Positions 1 through 45,300 of a stretch of DNA of 64,000 bases are shown here, piece by piece. Positions within the stretch are counted from its first letter, which is position 1; each line of letters starts with the position of its first letter. A model generated the notes under the pieces. It did not search any database and was not told where the DNA came from. It saw nothing but the letters and a program-made list of their open reading frames with translations. The stretch comes from Euglena gracilis (taxonomy: Eukaryota). Location: contig CP154954.1 in assembly GCA_039621445.1 (NCBI GenBank), positions 22,580,954 through 22,644,953 on the forward strand, in the 5' to 3' direction. The position numbers and the translations under genes were made by a program.

Positions 1-1499
1 GTCCCCCCCCCACCAACCCGCTGGGGGGTCCTGGTGGGGTCCTGGGGTCACTTTTCCCCAAAAATGGCCAAAAAATCGCGAAAAATGCTAAAAATAGCAC
101 GGCACCAAAAAGTATCCCCCCTGGGGGAACCTCCCCCGGGGGAGGGGGCTCAGCCGGACCCAACCACCCCCCCCCCTGGGGGTCTAAGACTAAAAAAAAC
201 CCCTGTTGGTGATTCAGCCCCCCCCCTCTGGCCTCCATTGAGGGAAGTTGTCTCAATGCCAGTGCCCCCCCCCAATTATGAACACCATTCTGCCCCCCCC
301 CCCCAGCTCACCAACCCCTGCCCGCCCTGGGGGCTGAACGGCAATCAGAAACCCCATGAGCGTACTGCCATACACACATGGCTGCTTGGGATAACACATT
401 GGCAAAATGTGTGGGATCAGGAAAATAAAAATCAACACTTATGAATGGGTGATGCGAAAGATTTTGTGGGAACTCTGCTGAGTTGCTGCCGGGGGGGGGG
501 GGGAGTGGTGACTGGATCCCCCCAGGGGGTCCGGTTTTAGAAGGCAGTTGTTCTCAAGGCTGTCGCAACAATAAGAAGGGGGGCAGTCCAAAATTTCTTT
601 TGAAATTGTGGAAAATTTGTGGAAATTTGGGGGAAAAACAAGAAAAATTGATATTGGGAGTGTACACATTTCTGCTGGAGGGGCTTTCGCCTCCTCCTCT
701 GGTTTTTTTCATTTTGCAACATTAGTGTAAGCTTTGCTTTCTCACCCCCCCCAGAAAACACACATGATTTTTTACCATGTCACAGCATTCGTTGGCTGAA
801 AAACCCAAAAAAGGAAAAAAAGAAATTGACGAAAAGTTCAGGTCAGAATGTGGAATATGTCTATGTGGAATTTGTCAAGTCGAAATTATTTCTGGGCAGA
901 AATTAAAAAAAAAACCTTAAAAATGCTAAAAACTAAATGCCAAAATTTGCAAACTTTGGAAAACTTGCAACCAAGTGACAAAAAAGGCACCTGGGTTGGA
1001 ACATGAAACATTCAAGGAATGGCCGGATGAAAGGAGGGAATCAAAGGAGGAAAAGAAAAATTAAATTTTGGAAAAATTGTAAAAATTTGCTGAAAATGGC
1101 GGAATTTGCAGAAAATTGCGAAATCTGCGAAAAATAACCCCTGCAGGGTCCCATGGCTAGAAAAGGGGGGGGGAGACGGGTGTTGGGGTCACCTGACCAG
1201 AACCCAAAAACGGGAGTAAAAGCATGACTCCAGCTGGGTTAGGATTTGTCGACCAAAATTTTAAAACCTCAAAAACCTTCAAAAAATGCCACTTTGGCCA
1301 TTTTAACCCATTTTCAACTTTCAAAGTTGCGACGAGACTTTATCAGTCCAGCCCAGGCGAAGCCGGCGAAGCCAGGCCCAACTGTATTTCTACTGACCCC
1401 CCCCTCCAGGGGGAGGTCCGCAGCCCAGCAGGGAGGTGCTAACTGGGGAGGTGCAAGCTGGAACGCCCCCCCCCCCGACTAGGAGAGTGAGGAACCAAT

Positions 1500-32569
<31,070 letters not shown>

Positions 32570-32600
32570 GTGGCAACACACCTCGGAGATAATTCATTTA

Positions 32601-32630
32601 CTTGCCAAGGAAAAAATGAGGAAATAAAAA
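32601..32630 (-). promoter_or_regulatory. Polypyrimidine tract + AG, candidate spliced-leader trans-splice acceptor
   Basis: Minus strand reads tttttatttcctcattttttccttggcaAG about 30 nt upstream of the ATG. SL trans-splicing is standard in Euglenozoa. Confidence 0.5.
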
Positions 32631-33847
32631 ACGTTCAATGAGGAGACAAGGTTCAAGGAGCTTACGGCGCCAGGCACCAAAAGAATCCACAAAATAAAAA
32701 AAATTCTGATGGCGTGTAATTTTTGAGGCCCCCAAAGCCACGTCAAGCCTCAAATAAACACCAATTTTTGTATAGCACACTGCAACGAACTCATTTGGAA
32801 AGCCAAAAAAAATGCCAGAGTGGGTAAACAGAAAATCGAAATAATAAAAGCACCTAAAAACCAGATGGTGTGTTCCAGTAACAGACCTAAAAGCATTTGG
32901 CGGGGGGTCACCATGAAATTGAAAACATTCGAAAAATGCGATGTTGGCCAACACGCAATGCTTCCTGGCTTTGCTGAGGCGTGGATGAGGCAATACACAT
33001 CATTTGCATTTACATTTTGAGTCCAATTGGAAAATAATGATCCTGCAGGAGGTGGGAAAAGATAAAGAAAAGAAATTCAGCAGCATCGTCCCCAACTAAG
33101 AACTAAGAAGCCTTTGAATTACTTTGTGGGCTCATTGACCCCCCCCAAGCTTTCCCACTGCCGGCTTTTGGGGCCAACGTGCCCCCTTCGAAAGTTGGTC
33201 CCCGGGGTCGATATGGACCCCCCCTTTTGAGGCATTTTGGCTTGGCGGCTCCTTGGCCCCCCTTGGCTGTTGGAGTCAACATGCCCCCCCCCCCAAAGTT
33301 GGTCCTCCCGCCTATTGAGACCAACGTTCCACGGGTCAATGAGCCAGGGGGGGGGGGGGGGGGTAGGTTGGTAAAAATCAGGGCCTCCATTTCGACCAAA
33401 ACTTTGCCCTGGACGCCGTCGTCTCAAATACTGACCCCTCCTGAAAATTTTTTTTTAGATTTTTGAATCTCCTAACAATTTGGGGGGTGTCATTCCTTCA
33501 ATAGAAAACCGACAACCGACAACCGACAAATTTCACAGACCGACAAACAACCGACATATTTCACCTGAAAAATTAAATCTGGTATTGTCCAGCAGAATTG
33601 GGTGAAAAATAATGGGGAATATGGGAAATGGCCTTTTTTTAGTGTATTATTTGAGACAACTGCAAAGAAAATATATTCCCTCAACATCTTGGCTTCTTTT
33701 GGATTTTGTTTCCAACTACGTCCAGCTTGGGAGCCAGATGGTCCACCCATGTCATTGCACATCTCTCCCTGTATCTTCATCCACACCAATTTTTGCAAAT
33801 ATCTTCACCCACAGTCGGCTCCCGAACTGAATATTTCTAAGTCAATA

Positions 33848-36466
33848 CAGGGGCAGGGAGATATTCCGGTCGGCCAAAAATTATATTCCGGGGTTTTATT
33901 CCGGTTTATTCCGGCTTATTCCGGAATTTATTCCGGTTTATTCCGGAATTTATTCCGGTTTATTCCGGTCAATTTCTGTCTGAATGGACTTAGGATTTTT
34001 TCGAAGTACAATTGGGCCGAGGCGCTCACCCGGGCTTCAGGAATAGGGATGCATGCCTTGGTTGTCCAGCCCCACCAAATGGTCACTTTGCAATTGACGA
34101 TGCTGTGCAGACCACACCACAGCAGACCTCCGCCGTTTTGGGGGGGAAAATAAGCTGATAAAAAATGGTGCTCAGGGCTTTCTCTTGAGGCGGGTCCCTG
34201 GCACCGCTTTCTTTTTTCTTCTCAAAAATTGTCCTGCCGAGTGCCAATCTTAGGCGATGCATCTCGCACTTAAGCTTTTTTCCTTTGTCGATGTGTGCAA
34301 ATGCACATCGACATTTTGTCATGAAAATGACAAGATACCCAAAAAACCCAAAAAATGTAAGCAGGATGTGGTGGGGTGCCCCAGGACGCGGAGATGAAAG
34401 CAGGCACTTTAACAAATAAGGTGCCTAAGAGCAGGTATCACTGCAGCATATAATGCACACAACACCCAGCAGGTGTGTTTTGAACCCTTCAATGCAGGGG
34501 CAGGGAGATATTCCGGTCGGCCGAAAATTTTATTCCGGTGTTTTATTCCGGTTTATTCCGGGTTATTCCGGTTTATTCCGGAATTTATTCCGGTTTATTC
34601 CGGTCAATTTCTGTCTGAATGGACTTGGGATTTTTCGAAGCACAATTGGGCGAGGCGCTCACCCGGGCTTCAGGAATAAAGATGCATTCCTTGGTTGCCC
34701 CACCCCACCAAGTGGTCACTTCGCACTTAGCGATGCAGGTCTGTACACCACAGCAGACCCCGGCCTTTCCAGGACAAACAAGCCGATGAAAATTGGTGCT
34801 CGCGGCTTTTTCTTGAGGCGGGTCCTTGGCACCGCTGTCTGTTTTCTTCCCAAAAATTGTCCCACTGGGTGTCTTAGACCCAATTGTGTCTCCCTCATTT
34901 TTGAAGCCTTGACTGTGTTCCCCAGATGGTGCTTACACAGGCCAGGTGACTTTTGGCCCGTTTTGTTGCTTTTTTAGGCACTGCAATCTGTTCGTGAAGG
35001 TTTGCCTGCTGCGGTGTCCGCTTCAACACAACAGCCCTACTAATTCTGAATTTTTAAATTTGTATTTCTATTGCGCCGTGGCGCAATATAACTCTTAAAT
35101 TTTCATTCTACATGAGCGTGTTTTCTTTGCAGATGCGAAATGAAAACACACGTTGACGCATATGCTGTTATTATTGCGCAAGTGCGTAATGATCCCCCAT
35201 ATTTAGAATTACAAAAAACATAGCGCCAAAGCGCAATGTTTTTTATTTTTGTAATGAAAAATTTTTGCGCCATGGCGCAACTGCGCAATGGAGTTCCCTC
35301 GTTTCATTACCCGGCGCTTTGGGGTTATGCACACTGGGCCCGGGGAGCCCTGTGCCCGTACACTGTAGAGGTCCAAGTCGTTATGTTCGTCCCCAGGCCC
35401 TGGGGGTAGGGAGACACTAATTCGGACTGTCTCAGACCTCGGTGTTCGATAACATAACTTTTTTTGCAAGATTGCGCGTTGGCGCAATTTTACACTTTCA
35501 AAGCTAAGTGCGAGTTAGGCTGGTGTTGCTGTTCACGTGTCCCGGCATTCAAACCTGGGTTTTGAACCTTTTCAAAGCGCAGTTTTTTTTGCGCAATGCA
35601 GGTGCGAGTTAGGCCGCCTGAGAGTGTTATTACCCCCTGATTGAAAGATGCTTCACCTTGTTCAATGGGATCCCTGCCCCCAAAAAAATCGGCGTTGACA
35701 TTGTCCTAATTCATGTCCCTTTAAAAAGAACGCAGGGACAAACATTCACTAATTGCAGCCCCACAAATGGGGATTTCATCCAAACAAAAAAAATGCATTC
35801 AATTAGGGGGAAACAGCCAAAGGTCAGGTGTACTCCTGATATTAAGTGCCGACTGTGCTACGCTTGCGCTCTTTTGTTGCTCTTCTGATTTTGAAACCTG
35901 AAAATATGTCAAACTTCACCTTCATTGCCTTTGTGCCTTGCAGAATTTTCAATCCATTGGCTGGCACTTTTATTCCGGTTATTCCGGTTTATTCCGGTTT
36001 ATTCCGGTTTTCGCTATTCCGGTTTATTCCGATTTATTCCGGACTGGAATATCTCCCTGCCCCTGTTCAATGGCTGTCTCATTAACTTAGGATATTGACT
36101 GAATGATTTGGTGAGGATTGCCAATATTGCTTCACAAACACAAACCACTCCCTTGGGAAAATCCTGAATGCGCCTGCAAACTGTCATTTCATCTGAACAG
36201 TTTGCCTTATTCACCACTCCTTTGGAAGATCTTGCCTTCTTCATTGGTGGCCCGTCCTCTTAATATGATCCATCTGACATGAGATTGATTGAGGAAAACA
36301 TGGAAATACGTCAAACGTCACCTTTATTGCCTTTGTGTCTTGCAGAATTTTCATGTCATTGGATGGCACTTTTATTCCGGTTATTCCGGTTTATTCCGGT
36401 TTATCCTGGCTTTCGCGATTCCGGTTTATTCCGGTTTATTGCGACCGGAATATCTCCCTGCCCCTG
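33848..36466. mobile_element. Outer TIR element with subterminal TATTCCGGTT repeats
   Basis: Perfect 24-bp TIR caggggcagggagatattccggtc. 7-bp flanks gtcaata / gtcaatg. Confidence 0.85.
34495..36065. mobile_element. Inner copy of the same TIR family, nested in the outer copy
   Basis: Same TIR. Perfect 7-bp TSD ttcaatg on both sides. Confidence 0.85.
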
Positions 36467-37564
36467 GTCAATGTTGGTTTTGATGTTGGAGGAGGCGGTT
36501 CAACCCCCCCCCAGGGCTTCCTGCGTATCCCTGCCCCCCCCACCCGAGGGTGCTCAAAAATTAAAAAAAAATAAATAAAATGGGTCCAGCCCGGCCCAGC
36601 CGAGCTGGACTGTAAAAAGGGGTACAAATTGCATTTTTGAGGGTATTTTGAAATTAAAGCTTTTTTCCTATTTTTGGGGGGTACCAGCTGAGTCCAAACG
36701 CCAGCTGGACAAACCACCCCCTGGACAGGTCCAGCCCATGCCTTTTTTTGGTGTTTTGTGTGAAAATTTGGTGAAACCCTGAATTTTCTTTGGAGGAAAA
36801 TGCCAAAATATGTTGTATTCTGCACTTTGCAACACTATGAAGATATGAAAAAAGCAGACGTTCCCAGAATAAACAAATCCAATCTTTATAACAAAAAATA
36901 CAGCCCAATTTTTGTTGCCGCACCTTCAAACCAGACTTGTAGTTAGTGCGACTGGGAAAAATCGCCGCGACCACCGCGGGAACAAAATTGTAACCGGCAG
37001 CGCCACGACAAAAAATATTCTGTACGCTGTTAAAATTATTATTATTATTCTGGCAGCTGCGGAAATTTTTGAAGGCTGTAACCGTGACCTGTGGAGTTTT
37101 TTTTCTATGTCCCACAAATACCTTATTCCTCTTGTCTGGCCTCTTGATACTTTCTGGACCATCCCCGAGATGGGTATAAGGCAGGAGGGAATGAATTTTT
37201 GTGCAAGCTATGTTATGTGTTTTCACACCGATATGGGTATAAGGTGGGAAGGAGAGAACTTTTGTGCAAGCCATGTGTGTGTTTTCACAGGTTATCAACA
37301 ATAAAATTGTGGGCGGGGCACTGCTGCCAATATTTGCTGGGTGCTGCACCACGGCAAAAAAAAAATGTTTGCACTGTGACAATCACGGAAAATCTTTTTC
37401 CCAGCGTCGTAACCATCGAGGCAATTCTGCTTGCACCGTGACAGCCGCGGCAAAAATTTCTTTGAAGCGCGGCCGCAGTAAAAAAAAATATTTGTGCCAT
37501 GGCGAAATGCAATTGTGAATAAGAAAAAAAATGCTCCTTGTTTGGTGTTTTAATGAATTTTTGG

Positions 37565-37768
<204 letters not shown>

Positions 37769-37771
<3 letters not shown>

Positions 37772-40700
37772 TACAAGACCAAGGCCCACCAAGACGACGA
37801 GGGCTACCGCACGGGCCTGCTGAAGTGGGCGGAAGCGGTGCGGGCACGCGCAGAGGCCCGCATCACGCAGGCGGCGAGGGAGCACCCCCACGAGCCAGAC
37901 GGGTACCCCAACCTGCAGGAGCAGCTCAGCGCAGCCAAGAGAGCGCTGGTGTTCGGGCCGGAGGACAGGGCACCGCACGCCCTGTTCTTCGCCTGCGGGC
38001 GGCTGTTCGCGGCGAAGCTGCACGAGCGGCTGGAAGCGACCGGGGCATTCGTCCCAGACGCCCGCACCGCTGTCGTACCTGCTGGAGAAGATCAAGGCCC
38101 TGAACGACGAGCTGCAGCTCCTCCACCACCCACGGCTGCCATACCTCTATGGAGCATGGAAGGCCAAGAAGCAAGCCTTCCGCTGGATTGCCGGGACGGC
38201 CCGGAACCAGGACGAAGGCGACCATGAGGAAGAAGAAGGAAAGCCAAAGAACGCCCTCTCCGAAGTGGGCGGCCTCATGGTCAAAGTGCTCCAAGTGGTG
38301 ATGGCTACCCTGCGGCGAAAGGACCGGGAAGCAGTGGGCAAAGGCAACAAGTCCCGCTACTGGATCATCGAGGACATCGATGAGTTCGTGCAGGAGTTCC
38401 GGGTGCTGGCGCAAAGCCGAGCCCTGGGCGCCGTGCCGTGGGCAACGTATGACTTCACCACCATGTACGAGGCGCTGGAGCACGAGCACCTGGTGCACGG
38501 GGTGATGGCAGCGGTGAAGGAAGCCTGGGAGGAGGAAACCACCGGCAAAGCACGGGACACGGGCCAACACCCACGAGACGTGGACCTACGCCTGGGGGCA
38601 GGGGGCTGGCACGAGGCGGCCAAGGTGAAGGACGCCCCCGGAATGCCGTGGTTCACGCTGCCGAGGGTGGAGGACACCCTGCGCAAGATGCTGGCCAACC
38701 TCTACGCGGTGAACGGCGGGGTGGTGCGGAAGCAGCAAAAGGGAGTACCCATGGGGCTGGAGTGCTCCCCGCAGCTGGCCAACCTGTACGCCTACGCCGT
38801 GGAGAGCAGGTGGGTGGACCGAACGGCACCGACCAACGTCCTCATGCGGCGGTACATCGACGACATCATCGTCATGGGACCAGATGCCCTCATCCCCGGG
38901 AAAGGGCTGCCCACCGAGGAGGACTACGGGATGCAGTACAAGTCCACCGCCGAGGAGCCCCACAGCCTCATCTACCTGGGGGTGCGGCTGTTCGTGGACG
39001 ACCGCGGACAAGCCCACTCGGTCCTGCACGACCGTGCAGTGGACTACCCCATCCGGGTGGACCGATACCCCGAGGGCACAACAGTGGCCAACCCAGCCCA
39101 GCTGGCAGGCGTCATCATGGGCCGGTTGGTGGCAGCCCAACGGACATGCAGCCGCATGGATCTGTTCCAAGACGCGGTGGCCGGCATCTTCACCCACGCG
39201 CATCGCAGGGGATACCCACGGAGAATGGTGCACTCCACGTGGACCCGGTTCCTGTGGCGGTACTGGGACGCGGCATCCGTCACCACGCGGGAACTGCGGG
39301 CGTGGTTCCACGACGCGTGGCGAAAGGTGACGGAAGTGGAGGAGGGGGGACAGCGCAGGCCGGCCCCCAAGTGGCCAACGTGGGAAGCCCGCGTACCACT
39401 GCCGCGGGACAGTGGCAGGGGAACACCACAGCACCCACCACCGCGGGACGCAGCAGGGCACCAGGCAGCATGTGAGGGGACCCCCCAGCCCCAAGCAGCA
39501 CAACGGGAGCCCATCGACGACCTCATCGATCTCACCACGCCACCGGGGTCCCCGCCACACGCAAGCCAAGGAGACGGGGAGCCGCAGGGCGGCTCCTCGC
39601 AACCAGCCAGCAAGCTACCGCCCGATGGCACCGCCGCTGATACCGTACCCCCTCCCACCGAGCGGCAGGGGAGGGGTGGGGCCAACCAGGACCGGACGAC
39701 CAGGACAGAGGGGGGCAGGGCAGAAAGGCAACATACCGCCGAGAAGGCCGTGGTCTTCACCGGTGTACCCCACGCGGGGGGCTGCCAGCTCTTCGTCGAC
39801 TTGGGCCGAGAAGGCTGTGCGATGGGGCTGTCCGCCTTCCGAGTCGCTGCCACTGCACGCCCCTCTCGCACAGGAGCGTGCAGTGGGGGGCGCACTCTCC
39901 CCACGAGCACAGCCACCTCACGTTCCTGTCGCCGAAACACGGTGCACAGCGAGCACACAGGAGCGGGAGGTGGCCGGCGCTTCCCCTACACCCACCACAC
40001 AGACATCAGCGGCGACGCCAACCAGCCAGCAGCCGCCAACAACCACAGTGCAGCAGCCGCTGCAAGTGGTCCAGGTGCCCCAACCGTACCCGGTGCCGGT
40101 GCCGGTGCCCACCCCCTGTCCCGTGCCGGTGTACGTCGAGCGCGTGGTGCCGGTACAGATCCCAGTGCCGTACCACGTACCCGTGCCGGTGGTCGTGGAG
40201 CGCGCAGTGCCCACACCGTACCCGGTGCCGGTGCACGTGGAGCGCCTGGTGCCAGTGGAACGCCCGCTCCTGCTGCCGTGGCTGGACACCGGGGCAGTGA
40301 CCGCGCTGCTCCGGGGGGCGAGCGCACAGCTGCCCATGCCAGTCCAACCATTGACCCCACCGGTCCGCAGCACCACCGGGCCGACAAGGGCCCGGTGGCA
40401 GCGGGAGATGGGGCGACCACAGCCCTACCCGGCGGAAGGAGCAGTGGACCCCCAACGGGCACTGCTCATCGAAATGGTGCGATGGATCTGGCAGCAGCAA
40501 CAGCAGCAGCAAGAGAGCCGCCACCTCACCCACCGCGCCACGCTGGCGATCGAAGACGCACCCACCGCCGCCACACCCACATCGCCCGCAGCAGGCACCA
40601 CCCCGGCAGGAGCAGCACCACCGCCAAGCAGCAACCTACCACCACCCGCAACGGAAGGGGCCAGCACCACCGCCACGCCAGCAGCACCACCCGGCAACAC

Positions 40701-42340
40701 CAGCCCCGTGCCCGCAGCAGCAGCAGCAGCGGCAAGCAGCACGCCGGCCCTACCAACACCAACCACAAGCGCCACAAGCGCCACACCGCCACCGAGCGCC
40801 ACCCCCACGCAGGAAGCACAAAGCACCACAGCCACCGAGGAGGCACCGGCAAGAAGCGACCCCATGGCCACAGACCGACTCCTGGGCAACAAGCGCCCAG
40901 TGTCGGTGGTGGTGGAGGAGGCGGCCACACCACAGCCCACCGAAGGGGACGACGCCTCGCAGGCAACCCAACCAAGCCAGCGCAAGAAGAGGCTGTACAC
41001 GCGCTTGGCCGAGTGGCCGGCGGAGTGGCGGGAGCAGTACGAGCGGTTCAAGGCCACGCACAAAGCAAGCGACCGCCGCGAGATGTGGCAGGGGTGGGAC
41101 CAAAGCCTCCAAGACCAAGTGTGGGCAGCCGTCGCCGACAAGCGGAGGGACGAGATCCGCCGATGGAAGGCGATGGAGAACGAAGGCCCAACCCAAGCAG
41201 AAGACCAAGCGAGCAGCACGCGAGAACAGAGGCGGAGGTCCCACACCGGAGCGGAAGAATGACTGGCAGGAAGGCCAGCGCATCGGGGAGGCGAAGCAGC
41301 CAGGCCCAGAAGAGGAAGGGTCGGCAGCGGACCCCCCCGAGGGGCAAGCGGGGAGCCCAAAGAATCACCCGCAACCGGCCTGGGGCGGCTCTCCAGGGGT
41401 ACCTGCCGATCACCGGCAGGGCGTGTCCCGGCACGCCGTCAATCGGGACGTCGAAGCAGTACCCACCAGAACCATGACGCAAAAAATCACAGGCATGCCA
41501 GGCAATGACGGCCTGCCCGGCGCAGAGGACCTCTGCCCCGGGTGGCAGGCGGGGCGCCAGCCTAAGAACCCGCAACCGACCTGGGGCGGATCTCCAGGGG
41601 TACCTGCCAATCACTGGCAGGGCGTGGCCCGACACGCCGTCAAGCGGGACGAAGGAGCAGAAGAACCGTGCCCCAGAAGCAGAAGCCAAGACCAGCACGA
41701 CTGGAAGAAAGGGGCACGGATCGGGGAAGCAAAGAACCCCGGACCACCCCAAAGAGGGTACCAACAGCCCAACCCAAAAGGGGGGGCCCAGCGAGGAGGA
41801 CAACAAACAGGAAAAGGACAGACACAGCCCAGGAAAGGAGGCAAGGGTGGCAAAGGAAACGTCACCCCACAAGGAAGCCGGCAGGGCCAACCCCAAGGAG
41901 AGGGCTGGCAAACAGCACAAAGCACCGGCCGAAAACGCCTCCAAAAGCGCCTCCAAGGGCTCCAACGGGCGCTGCAAGAAATGCAGCAAGAGCTCGACCA
42001 ATGGCGGCAGAATCCGCCCCCGCAGCAGCAGCAGCAACGACCGGACCTAAGGGACGACAACCCCTGGGCCCCCCTGCAGCCACAGCAAAAACGCCGGGGG
42101 CGGAAGAGATCCATTGGGTTTGAACACCCAAGCCGCCAAGCGAGCAGGCAGCCGCCGCCAGAGCAACGAGGAGGACGCGGAGGACGGGGAGGACCGGAGG
42201 CCAAGGACGGGCGACGAAAGGGAAGGGGAGCCCAGCGACAGACACGGGCAGCCACGGGTGACATGCCGGGAGGGTGGGGCCGTGAAAGGTGGCCCACGGC
42301 GGGGGGGGCGAGGGGGGTGGGGGGAGGGGGGGGGACGCCA
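37769..42340 (+). mobile_element. Penelope-like element family A, copy 1 (5'-truncated inside the RT N-terminal region, frameshifted)
   Basis: Start matches copy 3 at ~61227. RT motifs TYDFTTMY, KGVPMGLECSPQLANLY and RYIDD in ORF 38265-41477. Confidence 0.92.
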
Positions 42341-45300
42341 CCCCACAACGGTGGGAGGGAGGCGGGAAAGTCGCGCGGCACACCAGCCCCACGACAGCCG
42401 CCCCATACCCAGTCCACGGGAAGCACGCGAGGCAGGTGCAGAGGAGCACAGGAAGGCAGGCGTGGACGTGGAGGTCATGGGAGGACTGGCACGTGAACGC
42501 CGTGCAGCGGCGTTCCTGGCGCAAGAGCCCGATTCGGCGACTGCTGGAGCTCCGGCACACCGGGCCAAATCCTTCGCCCCGGAAGCAGTGACCACCTGGC
42601 ACGGGATGATCTACGGGGCATACCATTTCCCAACGGGGAAGTGGTACGTGGGCCAGACGGTGAACACCATCCGCCAGCGGGCACGAGAGCACTGGTACGC
42701 ACGAAAGTCGGCGCGGGACTTCCTGCACCTGGCGCTGGCAGACGACCCGGACCCGATGACCTGGCTGGCCCTGCCACTGGAGATCATCCCCAAGGAGCTG
42801 TGGCGATGTCCAGAGGCAGACCGACAAGCAGGGTGGCGGAAGAAAGAGCGGGCGCTCTTCCGGGCGGTGGCCACCCCGAGGGAGAAGTACTGGGTGGACA
42901 AGCTGAGGTCCATGTGGCCAAAGGGATGGAACTCAGCGTACCCGGGCAAGCCCGCAAGCGCGGGCCACCTGCCCCCCAGTGGAGCAACCGCGCCACGGGA
43001 ACCAGCACGGGACCTGGAGGCGGCAAAGAGCGCCATCCGGCAGTGGCAGGCAGACCCGAGGGCAACAAGGCGGTGGCTGCACGTGCTGGCACGCGAGGAC
43101 CTGGTGGAGATCCTGGAGGGGCTGGAGAAGGGACTGCGCCCAACAGAGCAGACGGCGACAACGGCTGCGATCGCAGCAGAAGCCCGGGAGGCACTCCGAA
43201 AGCGCAAGGCGGAGAAGAAGGCCCGGGATTTCGTCCGCTTCCTGTACGGGCACCCCATCGCCGAGAAGATGGCCCTGCCGGACATCATCCGCGCCCCCGA
43301 GGTGTACAAGCTCCACCCAGAGCCGGAGGTGGGGGCAGCCATCATGGTGGTGCACAAGTTCGCCCCGCAGATCGCCAGCGCACTGTTCAACTACAAGGAC
43401 TGGGCCATGCACCCACAGCCGATGGACGCCGACGGGGAGGAGCACTGCCCCTGGATTGCCGGGACGGCCCGGAACCAGGACGAAGGCGACCATGAGGAAG
43501 AAGAAGGAAAGCCAAAGAACGCCCTCTCCGAAGTGGGCGGCCTCATGGTCAAAGTGCTCCAAGTGGTGATGGCAACCCTGCGGCGAAAGGACCGGGAAGC
43601 AGTGGGCAAAGGCAACAAGTCCCGCTACTGGATCATCGAGGACATCGATGAGTTCGTGCAGGAGTTCCGGGTGCTGGCGCAAAGCCGAGCGCTGAGCGCC
43701 GTGCCGTGGGCAACGTATGACTTCACCACCATGTACGAGGCGCTGGAGCACGAGCACCTGGTGCACGGGGTGATGGCAGCGGTGAAGGAGGCCTGGGAGG
43801 AGGAAACCATCGGCAAAGCACGGGACACGGGCCAACATCCACGAGACGTGGACCTACGCCTGGGGGCAGGGGGCTGGCACGAGGCGGCCAAGGTGAAGGA
43901 CGCCCCCGGAATGCCGTGGTTCACGCTGCCGAGGGTGGAGGACACCCTGCGCAAGATGCTGGCCAACCTCTACGCGGTGAACGGCGGGGTGGTGCGGAAG
44001 CAGCAAAAGGGAGTACCCATGGGGCTGGAGTGCTCCCCGCAGCTGGCCAACCTGTACGCCTACGCCGTGGAGAGCAGGTGGGTGGACCGAACGGCACCGA
44101 CCAACGTCCTGATGCGGCGGTACATCGACGACATCATCGTCATGGGACCAGATGCCCTCATCCCCGGGAAAGGGCTGCCCACCGAGGAGGACTACGGGAT
44201 GCAGTACAAGTCCACCGCCGAGGAGCCCCACAGCCTCATCTACCTGGGGGTGCGGCTGTTCGTGAGCGACCGCGGACAAGCCCACTCGGTCCTGCACGAC
44301 CGTGCAGTGGACTACCCCATCCGGGTGGACCGATACCCCGAGGGCACAACAGTGGCCAACCCAGCCCAGCTGGCAGGCGTCATCATGGGCCGGTTGGTGG
44401 CAGCCCAACGGACATGCAGCCGCATGGATCTGTTCCAAGACGCGGTGGCCGGCATCTTCACCCACGCGCATCGCAGGGCATACCCCCGGAGAATGGTGCA
44501 CTCCACGTGGACCCGGTTCCTGTGGCGGTACTGGGACGCGGCATCCGTCACCACGCGGGAACTGCGGGCGTGGTTCCACGACGCGTGGCGAAAGGTGACG
44601 GAAGCGGAGGAGGGGGGACAGCGCAAGCCGGCCCCCAAGTGGCCAACGTGGGAAGCCCGCGTACCACTGCCGCGGGACAGTGGCAGGGGAACACCACAGC
44701 ACCCACCACCGCGGGACGCAGCAGGGCACCAGGCAGCATGTGAGGGGACCCCCCAGCCCCAAGCAGCACAACGGGAGCCCATCGACGACCTCATCGACCT
44801 CACCACGCCACCGGGGTCCCCGCCACACGCAAGCCAGGCGACGGGGAGCCGCAGGGCGGCTCCTCGCAACCAGCCAGCAGCTACCGCCCGATGGCACCGC
44901 CGCTGATACCGTACCCCCTCCCACCGAGCGGCAGGGGAGGGGTGGGGCCAACCAGGACCGGACGACCAGGACAGAGGGGGGCAGGGCAGAAAGGCAACAT
45001 ACCGCCGAGAAGGCCGTGGTCTTCACCGGTGTACCCCACGCGGGGGGCTGCCAGCTCGTCGTCGACTTGGGCCGAAAAGGCTGTGCGATGGGGCTGTCCG
45101 CCTTCCGAGTCGCTGCCACTGCACGCCCCTCTCGCACAGGAGCGTGCAGTGGGGGGCGCACTCTCCCCACGAGCACAGCCACCTCACGTCCCTGTCGCCG
45201 AAACACGGTGCACAGCGAGCACACAGGAGCGGGAGGTGGCCGGCGCTTCCCCCACACCCACCACACAGACATCAGCGGCGACGCCAACCAGCCAGCAGCC

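Noticed and set aside
43445-43460. 594-nt in-frame gap in copy 2 as a spliced intron
   Set aside because: The missing segment (~61047-61640) encodes conserved linker and RT N-terminal motifs and ends in ctg microhomology, so a deletion is more likely.
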